DNA of 64,000 nucleotides from positions 1,728,001 through 1,792,000 of the forward strand of contig CBDCYI010000005.1 in assembly GCA_965224085.1 (NCBI GenBank), in the 5' to 3' direction. The notes under the pieces are model-generated. The model had not been told where the DNA came from, did no database searches, and saw nothing but the letters and a program-made list of their open reading frames with translations. The position numbers and the translations under genes were made by a program. Of this stretch, positions 20,194-28,633 are shown piece after piece; positions within the stretch are counted from its first letter, which is position 1, and each line of letters starts with the position of its first letter. The stretch comes from Candidatus Marinacidobacterales bacterium (GTDB taxonomy: Bacteria; Acidobacteriota; Vicinamibacteria; Marinacidobacterales; SMYC01).

Positions 20194-21441
20194 GTGCCCA
20201 AGATCAAAGTTCTTCAAATCTGTGACCACCTCGGATGGGAAGGATCCCGCATGCACGGGGTCAAGCGGCTCTTTGCATGGATGATCCCTCGCTTCGACAA
20301 AACGCGTTTCGACGTATCGCTTTTGAGCTTGCGCAAAAAGGATCTTTCGGAAGACAAGCTCGAGAGCTACGGCTTCCGCGTCCACTATCTCGAAAAAGGC
20401 AAGTTCGATCCGTTGACGCTTCCCGCGCTCATCGGGCTCTTGAAGCGTCTCGAGATCGACGTAATCCAGACGCATGGCTATGGCGCGACGACCTTCGGTC
20501 GCGCGGCCGCGGCCTATCTCGGGATCCCGAACGTGCTCCACGAGCACGCGAACCTCACCGACACGCCGTGGTTCCAGAAGGTCCCCGACAAGATCTTGGA
20601 TCCTCTGACCGACATCGCGGTTGCCGTTTCCGAATCCACGCGCGAGTTTTGCGTGAGGGGTCGCAAGCTCTCGCCGAAACGAGTGAAGAAAATTTTTCTC
20701 GGCGCTCCGCTCGACGAGTTCCAGCCGTTCTCGCCCGAAGCCCGGCGCGAGGCGCGCCATCGCCTCGGCTTCGAAGATGATGGTGTGAAGCTTTTTGGCA
20801 CCGTCACCCGTCTCCACGAGTCGAAAGGCAATCGCTATTTCGTGGAAGCCGCCGCCGAAGTCGCAAAGAGGATCCCGGAGGCGCGCTTCGTCGTCGTGGG
20901 TGAGGGCCCGCTGCAGCCAGAGCTCGAAGCGCAAGCGACGCGCCTCGGCGTCGGCGATCGCGTCATCTTTCTCGGCTTTCAGCGCGATGTGGCCGCATGC
21001 TTTGCGAGCTTCGACGTCGTTGTTTTTCCCTCTCTTTGGGAAGGCACCCCTTTGACCGTTTTCGAATGTATGGCGCTCCAGCGGCCGATCCTGTCGACGG
21101 ATGTCGATGGCTTGCGCGAAGTGCTCGTGCACGATCAAAATGCGCTCGTCGTGCCGCCGCGCAACGCAAGTGCGCTTGCGGAAGGTATGGTGCGCCTCAT
21201 CGAGGACGAAACGCTCGCGAGTCGACTGGCCGAGCGCGCGCTTGCGACTTCGAAGCGGTTCGGCATCCAGACGTTCGTCGATACGATGGAGCGCCTCTAC
21301 GACGTGCTCGTTGAGCGCTACCGCGCACAAGGCCGGCGACCGCGTTGGGACTACGCGAAGGATTTCGAGTTTCTCGAGGAGCCTTGGCGCGTTCCCGCCG
21401 TCCGAGACGCCCAGCGTGAGCCCCAACCTATAAGCTCGTGA
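20194..21441 (+). CDS. Glycosyltransferase family 4
   Basis: TRLHESKG, PSLWEGTPLTVFECMA. Confidence 0.92.
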   Translation: MPKIKVLQICDHLGWEGSRMHGVKRLFAWMIPRFDKTRFDVSLLSLRKKDLSEDKLESYGFRVHYLEKGKFDPLTLPALIGLLKRLEIDVIQTHGYGATTFGRAAAAYLGIPNVLHEHANLTDTPWFQKVPDKILDPLTDIAVAVSESTREFCVRGRKLSPKRVKKIFLGAPLDEFQPFSPEARREARHRLGFEDDGVKLFGTVTRLHESKGNRYFVEAAAEVAKRIPEARFVVVGEGPLQPELEAQATRLGVGDRVIFLGFQRDVAACFASFDVVVFPSLWEGTPLTVFECMALQRPILSTDVDGLREVLVHDQNALVVPPRNASALAEGMVRLIEDETLASRLAERALATSKRFGIQTFVDTMERLYDVLVERYRAQGRRPRWDYAKDFEFLEEPWRVPAVRDAQREPQPISS

Positions 21442-22409
21442 GCGCTCTTTCCGGAAGACTCTCGTTCGCGCTGCGCGTAATGGTGAGTCTCGGACTCATC
21501 GTCTTCATGCTCTCCAGGCTCGACCTCGAGAACATGCTCCGCTTTCTCAGGCGCGCGGATGCGTTTCTCGTCTTTCTCACGCTCACCGCCGTCTTCATCG
21601 ATCGCTCGTTTATGGTGACGCGCTGGATCCAGCTCGTCGAGGCGCTCGACGTCCACGTACCGCGCTGGCGCATGGTGAAGATCTTCTTTCTCAGCACGTT
21701 CTTCGGGAGCTTTCTTCCGAGCGGTGTAGGCGGCGAAGCCGTGCGCGCGGTATCGTTCTCGCAGCTCACGGAGCGGGGCGTCGAGTCGGTCGCGTCGGTC
21801 GTGATGGACCGGCTTCTCGGGCTGCTCTCGATGCTTCTCACGGGGCTTGTCTCGCTCAGCTTTTTCTACAGCGTCTATCCGCACCCCGCGCTTCTAGCTC
21901 TCGTCGTGGCGGGCTCGATCGGGCTCGTGGCGGCGCTCGCCCTCGCTCTTTCACGCCGCGTGCACGCGAAGCTTTTGGCGAGCGGCAAAGACAATTGGTG
22001 GACGAAGGCGGCACAAGCCATGGCGCGCTACCGCGCACGGCTCAAAACACTCGGTTTCGTTCTGCTGCTCTCCGTGGGCGTTCAGTTGTTGCGCGTGCTC
22101 CAAGCTTACTTGCTCTCGGAAGCCATGGGCCTCAGGACCCCCGCGATTTACTTCTTGTGTTTCATCCCGCCGATCCTCATCGTCACGATGCTCCCGATCT
22201 CCATCGGCGGCTGGGGGACGACGAACGTCGCTTATGTTGCGCTCTTCTCGCAAGTGGGGATGGATCCGGACGGAGCTTTCGTACTCTCGGTGTTAATCCT
22301 CGCGCTCGGCGTCATCGGCAATCTTCCCGGCGGATTAATTTACGCTTACGAAGGATTCAGCTCCACGCATGCCGCAAAAGCTCGAGAGCGGAATCCAGAG
22401 AACGCATGA
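21438..22409 (+). CDS. Lysylphosphatidylglycerol-synthase TM-domain (flippase-like, UPF0104) protein
   Basis: FLPSGVGGEAVR, VMDRLLG, LPISIGGWG. Confidence 0.88.
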   Translation: MSALSGRLSFALRVMVSLGLIVFMLSRLDLENMLRFLRRADAFLVFLTLTAVFIDRSFMVTRWIQLVEALDVHVPRWRMVKIFFLSTFFGSFLPSGVGGEAVRAVSFSQLTERGVESVASVVMDRLLGLLSMLLTGLVSLSFFYSVYPHPALLALVVAGSIGLVAALALALSRRVHAKLLASGKDNWWTKAAQAMARYRARLKTLGFVLLLSVGVQLLRVLQAYLLSEAMGLRTPAIYFLCFIPPILIVTMLPISIGGWGTTNVAYVALFSQVGMDPDGAFVLSVLILALGVIGNLPGGLIYAYEGFSSTHAAKARERNPENA

Positions 22410-23473
22410 CGAAGACGGCTGTCGAAGTTGCGACGGGCCGCCGCGTCGTCGTCGTGACCTCGGACATACCTTTCGTCGCGGGCGGCCATCGCGTCATTGC
22501 CGACGAGCTCACGAAAGCACTGAAGCGGTCAGGCCACGCCGCCGAGCTCGTGCGCACGCCGCAAAATCGTTTCGGCCGGCAGTTCTCGGCTTACATGGCC
22601 AACTGGTTCACCGACGTTTCTGAGACGGGAGAGAGCGAGCCCGTCGATCAGCTGATCTCGCTCCGCTATCCAAGCTTTGCCGTCCGCCACCCGCGCCACA
22701 TTTGCTGGCTGAACCACCGCATGCGCGAATATTACGACTTGTGGCCCGCACTCAAGCGGCGCATCTCGAAAAAAGCCGTCGTGAAAGAATCTGTGCGCCG
22801 TTTTCTCATCCACCAAGCGGATCACTTCTTGCTCACGCAAAACGTCGACAAGCTCTACGCGCAGTCGAAAACCATCGCCCAGCGTCTGCGTGATTTCGGC
22901 GATATCGAATCTGAAGTTCTCTACCCGCCGCCGCCGGAGCGTCCGTACCGGACAGAGGGCTACGAAAGTTTCGTCTTTGCCGTTTCGAGGCTACATTCGC
23001 TCAAACGTCTCGACCTTCTCGTGAAGGCGATGAAGCATGTTAAGACGGACATCCGCGCGGTGATCGCGGGTACGGGCGAGGAAGAAAACGCGCTCAAAAC
23101 CCTCGCCGGCGAGCTCGGGGTCGGGCATCGGGTGGACTTCGTTGGGCGCGTGGACGACGACACGCTCGTCGACTACTACGCGCGCTGTCGCGGTGTCTTT
23201 TTCGCGCCCTATATGGAGGACTACGGCTTCGTCACGCTCGAAGCCTTTCGCTCGAAAAAACCCGTGATGACGTGCATGGATAGTGGCGGGCCCGCCGAGC
23301 TCGTGTCGGTCGGCCGCTCGGGCTACGTGCTCCTCCCCGAGCCGATGCAAATAGCGACAGAGCTCGACGTTTGGTCGCACAATCGGGAGCTCGCGATCCG
23401 CATGGGGGAAAACGGCGAGGCGGATACCCGCGCCGTCCAGTGGGACCAGGCAGTAAGCGTGCTCCTGTCGTAA
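22406..23473 (+). CDS. Glycosyltransferase family 4
   Basis: ATGA overlap with upstream stop; SRLHSLKRLDL, EDYGFVTLEAFRSKKPV. Confidence 0.9.
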   Translation: MTKTAVEVATGRRVVVVTSDIPFVAGGHRVIADELTKALKRSGHAAELVRTPQNRFGRQFSAYMANWFTDVSETGESEPVDQLISLRYPSFAVRHPRHICWLNHRMREYYDLWPALKRRISKKAVVKESVRRFLIHQADHFLLTQNVDKLYAQSKTIAQRLRDFGDIESEVLYPPPPERPYRTEGYESFVFAVSRLHSLKRLDLLVKAMKHVKTDIRAVIAGTGEEENALKTLAGELGVGHRVDFVGRVDDDTLVDYYARCRGVFFAPYMEDYGFVTLEAFRSKKPVMTCMDSGGPAELVSVGRSGYVLLPEPMQIATELDVWSHNRELAIRMGENGEADTRAVQWDQAVSVLLS

Positions 23474-23558
23474 AACGCGTCATCGTTACGGCGCGGATGG
23501 CGAACCCGTTTGGGGAAGTCACAGGCACGCGTCAGTATGGATGCGCAAAGAGGTTGAC

Positions 23559-24176
23559 ATGAAACGCGCTTTCGTCCTGGGTTCCGTTCTTCTAATGGCG
23601 GCCCTCGCCTGCGCTTTTGTACAAGGCTCGCGGGTCGACCGCGACGAGCTCGCGCGCGTGATCGAGCTTCTCGAGATCGACAGCGGCGACGTCGTCGCCG
23701 ATGTCGGCGCGGGCGACGGCAAATGGTCGGTGGCCGTGGCTGAGCAAGTTGGCCCCGAAGGACGCGTATACGCTACCGAGGTCGACCCGAATGACATGAA
23801 GAAAATCCGCGACCGCGTGGCCCGCGAGCGCGCCACAAACGTAAGCGTGGTCGAAGGCCGCGCGGACAGCACCGGCCTACCCCATGCCTGCTGCGATGCC
23901 ATCCTCCTCCGCCGTGTCTACCACCACTTCACCGACCCAGAGGCGATGCAAGAGAGCCTCCGAAACGCACTCCGCGACGACGCCCGCCTCCTCGTCGTCG
24001 ACTTCGACACGAGGGGCCGGTGGAACCGCCCGTCCGGAATCCCCGAATCGCGCGACGGCCACGGCATCGCCAAAACGCTGCTCGTCACCGAGATGAAAGA
24101 TGCGGGCTTCGAGCTCGTCTCCGACCTAAAGTGGCACAACGGCGACTATGCTCTCGTTTTCCGGAAGCAGCAATAA
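23559..24176 (+). CDS. SAM-dependent methyltransferase with N-terminal signal-like segment
   Basis: GAGG RBS; VADVGAGDG, RRVYHHF. Confidence 0.85.
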   Translation: MKRAFVLGSVLLMAALACAFVQGSRVDRDELARVIELLEIDSGDVVADVGAGDGKWSVAVAEQVGPEGRVYATEVDPNDMKKIRDRVARERATNVSVVEGRADSTGLPHACCDAILLRRVYHHFTDPEAMQESLRNALRDDARLLVVDFDTRGRWNRPSGIPESRDGHGIAKTLLVTEMKDAGFELVSDLKWHNGDYALVFRKQQ

Positions 24177-24222
24177 TACAAATCTTTTCGTCTTTTTATT
24201 ATTGATCTCTTGCGACCTCTTG

Positions 24223-25182
24223 TTACGGGCTCCACTCGGCGACGAGCTCGGAGGCTATTTGGCCGATTGTTTCTTCGAGCTTCGTGAAGTCGCCTTCGTT
24301 CTGGTTTATAAAGACGGACACGATTGTCGGGCCGCCTTTGTGGAACAGGATCCCGACGTCGTTGCCGGCTACGGGGGGCCAGTCGCCAGTTTTGTGGGCG
24401 ACGGCTACGCCTTCGAAACGGACGAAGCGCGGGAGTCGTGAGCGGTAGAATTGTCGTCTCAAGATGCTGATCATTGCGTCGGTCGACGTGCGGGTTGCGA
24501 GCTCAGCGTTGTATATCTCTTCTAGAAGTTTTGACATTTCTTTCGCGGTTGTCTGTCCGAGCCACTCTTTTGGATTGCCTTCGAAAGCGAAGGTTCGATC
24601 GGAGGCACCTGGGTCGTTGGGGAAGCCTCTTTCGAAGACTTCAGCGTGGGACAGGCTCCGAAGCGACGGATCTTGCATCTCCCAGACTCGGCGGAAGAGA
24701 TCGCCTGTTGTGGCCAGTAGCCGCGTTGAGCGATAACCGCGCTCGGAGAGGAGCTCGTTGACGCGCTCGAGGCCCAGACGGTCGATCATGATGTCGGTTG
24801 CGGTGTTGTCGCTCGTGATGATCATCTGGGTGACGATGTCGCGATAGGTTGGGTTCAGGCCGGGGGCAAAGGCTTGGATCAGGCCGCTGCCGCGGCGGCG
24901 GTCTTCGGGCTTTATCGTGTAGCGCGCGGCGAGGTCTAGTTTGCCCGCCTCGCTGTCGCGAAAGGCGAGTGCCAGGATAGGGATCTTGATGACGGACAGC
25001 GTGTTCATGAGCTCATCGCCGCGCACCGCGACTTCCCGACCTGTCGGGACGTGCTTCGCGTGGAGTGAGCTTTTAGCTGGGAGGGCGTCGAGCTTGGCGG
25101 CGAGGCGCGCTTGGAGTGTCTGGCCGCTGACAGCTGCGGCGCTGCAGGTTGCTAGGAGGACGGTGAGGAAAGTTGGTCTCAT
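24223..25182 (-). CDS. Class A beta-lactamase-like serine hydrolase (secreted)
   Basis: SVIK (SxxK), SDN, HKTG motifs; signal peptide from ATG 25182. Confidence 0.88.
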   Translation of the reverse strand: MRPTFLTVLLATCSAAAVSGQTLQARLAAKLDALPAKSSLHAKHVPTGREVAVRGDELMNTLSVIKIPILALAFRDSEAGKLDLAARYTIKPEDRRRGSGLIQAFAPGLNPTYRDIVTQMIITSDNTATDIMIDRLGLERVNELLSERGYRSTRLLATTGDLFRRVWEMQDPSLRSLSHAEVFERGFPNDPGASDRTFAFEGNPKEWLGQTTAKEMSKLLEEIYNAELATRTSTDAMISILRRQFYRSRLPRFVRFEGVAVAHKTGDWPPVAGNDVGILFHKGGPTIVSVFINQNEGDFTKLEETIGQIASELVAEWSP

Positions 25183-25234
25183 GCTGCATTCTATGTTGAA
25201 AAATGGCGCCAACGGGTGTATCAACTTAGATCTA

Positions 25235-26101
25235 ATGCGCTTTTTGTGCGCCATCGCTATCTTGCTGGGCTTGGCGGTCCCAGTTGTAGCTCAAGAGGCG
25301 GACAAGCCGGACAAGCCGGACAAGAAAGAAGCGCTCTGGCCAGAGCACGAGAAGTTGGAACACTTCCTCAGCAAGGCCAAAATCACGGAACGTAAGAAGA
25401 TAGGTAAGGGCATTACCAATCCCGAGAAAGTCACCTTGGAGATGGACGGTGTCGTCATGAACGCTATCTACAAGAAGGTCGACAAGAAGCACGACAGCTG
25501 GCGTAACGAAGTGGCGGCCTATGAGCTCGACAAGCTTCTCGGTCTCGGCATGGTGCCGCCGACGGTGAAGCGTAGCATTCGCGGGCGCAAGGGCTGTTTG
25601 CAGCTCTGGGTTATGGGCACCGTGATGAATGAGTACGAGGAAAGCTTTCTCGATATGGATGCGTGGCACGAGCAAGTCAGTGTCATGTGGCTTTTCGACG
25701 ATTTGATTGCCAATATCGATCGCCACTTGAACAACGCGATGATCTCGCCAGACCAGCGGCTAATGCTCATCGATAATTCCAAGACGTTTCGTATCCAGAA
25801 AACGCTGCTCAACGATTTGAACGGCGCGGGTACGGGTACCCACGCGCGCTTTTGGGCCGTGGAGTATGACGGGGACCGAGAGCGATACGACACGCACTAC
25901 CCGCCCGAGCTCATCGAACGATTGCGGACGGTATCCGAGGACGACCTCAAGGAAGCGTTGAAGAAGTTCGTTTGGGGCCGCAATCGTGGTCTTGTTGCCG
26001 ACAGGCTGGAGCTCATCCTCGAACGTATCGACTCCATGGGGCGAGCCGCCTTTCGGCGCGAGAATCGCCCGCCCCTTGGTCCGCCTCGCTCCGCGCATTG
26101 A
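25235..26101 (+). CDS. Secreted atypical kinase-like protein (PI3/PI4-kinase-like fold)
   Basis: Signal peptide MRFLCAIAILLGLAVPVVAQ; EVAAYELDKLLGLGMVPPT, NIDRHLNN, LIDNS. Confidence 0.7.
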   Translation: MRFLCAIAILLGLAVPVVAQEADKPDKPDKKEALWPEHEKLEHFLSKAKITERKKIGKGITNPEKVTLEMDGVVMNAIYKKVDKKHDSWRNEVAAYELDKLLGLGMVPPTVKRSIRGRKGCLQLWVMGTVMNEYEESFLDMDAWHEQVSVMWLFDDLIANIDRHLNNAMISPDQRLMLIDNSKTFRIQKTLLNDLNGAGTGTHARFWAVEYDGDRERYDTHYPPELIERLRTVSEDDLKEALKKFVWGRNRGLVADRLELILERIDSMGRAAFRRENRPPLGPPRSAH

Positions 26102-26103
26102 AG

Positions 26104-26784
26104 ATGCAGCTTCTCAACCGCCAAGGTTTTACAGGAGAGCTCTGGGCGTCCGCCGAGCCCATTTTCCGGGAAATTGTTCGGCACCCTTTCGTGACCGGTC
26201 TCTCGGATGGAACGCTCGATCAGGCGGCGTTTCGTTTCTACGTCGTCGAGGACGCGTACTACCTCACGGAGTTCGCCCGCGCCTTGTCTATCGCGGCGTC
26301 GAAGGCTCCTCGCGACGAATGGATCGTGCGCTTGAATCGCGACGCGATCGGCTCACTCGAAGCGGAGCGCGCGCTCCACGAAAGCTACTTTCGCGATTTC
26401 GGACTCTCCGGAGCCGAGATTCAGAATCGCCAGCCGGCTCCTTCGACTCTTGCCTATACGAGCTATCTCATCGCGTCCACCTGTTCCGGTGCTTTCTCAG
26501 AGGCCCTCAGCGCCGTGCTTCCCTGCTATTGGATCTACTTGGAAGTCGGCAAGGCGCTTGCGGCCAAAGGCTCGCCGAATTCTCTCTACCAAAGGTGGAT
26601 CGACAACTACGCGAGCGACGAGTACGAGGCCGAAGTCCGCTCCATCCTCGACATGATGGACGAGGTCGCCGCGTACGCATCCACGCCTGCCAAGAAGAAG
26701 ATGCTCGAACGCTATGTCACGACCTCTCGTTACGAATGGATGTTCTGGGACATGGGTTACCGGCAAGAAGCGTGGCCGGTGTGA
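26104..26784 (+). CDS. tenA: Thiaminase II / aminopyrimidine aminohydrolase
   Basis: HPFVTGLSDGTL, EDAYYL, LPCYWIY, YQRWIDNY, YEWMFWD. Confidence 0.93.
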   Translation: MQLLNRQGFTGELWASAEPIFREIVRHPFVTGLSDGTLDQAAFRFYVVEDAYYLTEFARALSIAASKAPRDEWIVRLNRDAIGSLEAERALHESYFRDFGLSGAEIQNRQPAPSTLAYTSYLIASTCSGAFSEALSAVLPCYWIYLEVGKALAAKGSPNSLYQRWIDNYASDEYEAEVRSILDMMDEVAAYASTPAKKKMLERYVTTSRYEWMFWDMGYRQEAWPV

Positions 26785-27172
26785 GTGTTTCCGAAGAGAT
26801 TCAAGCTGGTCTTCTCGATTGAGCGCGCCGCTTCACGACGGCGCTTTCTCGGATAGGGGGGCCGGTACGAGAAACGCGAGATAGGCGAGTGCACCCAAAG
26901 CGCGGTCCACGGGTGCGCCGCGGCGAGCTCCGTGTTCAGATATGTGGCGTCGACGAGAAACAACAACCCGACGAGAAAGGCCATCCGCGCATCGCGCTCG
27001 AGACGAACGCGTCGCAATAGAAGGACAGCGAGACTCAATGAACTAGTGCCCGGCTGCTCGCTTCGCTCCTTCGGCCCGAACACTTCGACAGCGGAAAGCC
27101 GACCGAAAGCGAGGCGACAAGCGTGCTCGGCGAAGAAGAGGAGTGAGCCGCGCACTGAGCAAGAAAGTGACG

Positions 27173-28633
27173 TCAAATACCGAAAAGCGGTCGCGCCAAT
27201 AGAAGCGTCAAGATACTGATCAGAATCACGCCGATGATGTTCACGCCGATGCCGGCTTTCACGAGCTGGGGAATGGTGAAGTAGCCCGTCCCGAAGACGA
27301 TGGCGTTGGGCGGTGTCGCGGCTGGGAGCATGAAAGCGCACGACGCGGCGACCGTGGCCGGGATCGCGAGCACGAGCGGTGAGAGCCCCATCGACGTTGC
27401 GGCTGCGGCGAGGATGGGGACGGACATCGCCGTCGACGCGACGTTCGAGGCGAACTCCGTGAGGGTGACGATCAGTAACACGACGATCACGATGAAGACG
27501 GGGAGCGGTAGCTCCGCGAATAGCTGAAGCTGCCCGCCGACCCAGGTCGACAGGCCGTTGCGCTCGAACCCCGCGGCGAGCGAAAAGCCGCCGCCGAAGA
27601 GCAGCAGCACGTCCCAAGGCAGGCGCGAAGCCCACTGCCAGTTCAAAAGCTTCTCGCCGTTTCCGGCCGGAGCGAGGAAGAGCACGACGGTCGCGGCCAT
27701 CGCGATCGTCGAGTCCGAGACGAGATTTCCCGTTGGGATTGCGGCCGTCCAGTAAGGGCGAAACGTCCATGCCGCGGCGGTGAGTCCGAAGACGATCGCC
27801 AGCCGCTTTTCTTGAATCGTCATGGCTCCGAGCTTCTTGAGCTCCGCCTCGATGTGGGCCGCACCGCCGGGAAGCGACTGGATGCGGATCGGTAGCGCCA
27901 CCCGTGTGAGCCACAACCACGTCAAGGGCAGGAACAAGAGCACGAAGGGGATTCCGAAGCCGAGCCATCTGAGAAACGAAATCTCGATCCCGTGGGTTTC
28001 CGCCATGGTTCCGGCGAGGAAGACGTTCGGCGGCGTGCCGATAATCGTTGCGACACCGCCTATGGAAGCGCCATAGGCGATGCCGAGCATGAGGTTCGCG
28101 CCAAAGTGGAAATGCCCCTGCCGGGTGTCGATTGCCGCATCTTCTTTTTCGAACGCTTCCACCGCTTGTTGGATGACGGCGAGGCCGATGGGCATCATCA
28201 TCGCGGTCGTCGCCGTGTTCGATACCCACATGGAAACGAAACCCGAGGCGCACATGAAGCCGAGCACGATGCGCGATGGCGAAGTGCCGATCCGATGCAC
28301 GATGGTGAGCGCCATGCGACGATGGAGGCCCCATCGCTGCATGGTTTGCGCGAGCATAAAGCCGCCGAGAAAGAGATAAACGAGGTGGTTGGCGTAAGGC
28401 GCCGCTGACTCGGACGCCGTGCCGAGCCCGAGAAAAGGGAAGAGCGCAAGCGGCAGAAGGGACGTCGCCGCGAGCGGGATGGCTTCGGTGACCCACCAGG
28501 TAGCCATGAGCGCCGCTACGGCCAACATGCGTTGCACTGTCGGTGGGATCTCCGCCGGTGCTAGCGCGAGAGCGAGAAAGAGCGCCGGTCCGAGAACGAG
28601 GCCCACGCCCTCGCGGGTGAGTTTCTTACTCAC
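27173..28633 (-). CDS. SLC13/DASS family sodium-coupled anion (dicarboxylate) symporter
   Basis: WVSNTAT, IGTPPN, EFASNVAS, MLPAATPPNA. Confidence 0.93.
   Translation of the reverse strand: MSKKLTREGVGLVLGPALFLALALAPAEIPPTVQRMLAVAALMATWWVTEAIPLAATSLLPLALFPFLGLGTASESAAPYANHLVYLFLGGFMLAQTMQRWGLHRRMALTIVHRIGTSPSRIVLGFMCASGFVSMWVSNTATTAMMMPIGLAVIQQAVEAFEKEDAAIDTRQGHFHFGANLMLGIAYGASIGGVATIIGTPPNVFLAGTMAETHGIEISFLRWLGFGIPFVLLFLPLTWLWLTRVALPIRIQSLPGGAAHIEAELKKLGAMTIQEKRLAIVFGLTAAAWTFRPYWTAAIPTGNLVSDSTIAMAATVVLFLAPAGNGEKLLNWQWASRLPWDVLLLFGGGFSLAAGFERNGLSTWVGGQLQLFAELPLPVFIVIVVLLIVTLTEFASNVASTAMSVPILAAAATSMGLSPLVLAIPATVAASCAFMLPAATPPNAIVFGTGYFTIPQLVKAGIGVNIIGVILISILTLLLARPLFGI

Noticed and set aside
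24223-25182. Bona fide antibiotic-resistance beta-lactamase
   Set aside because: SxxK/SDN/KTG are present but no clear ExxLN omega-loop; it fits the broad serine-hydrolase family.
26785-27172. Hydrophobic minus-strand stretch (MAFLVGLLFLVDATYLN...) as a gene
   Set aside because: No clear start or recognisable family; at most a remnant.
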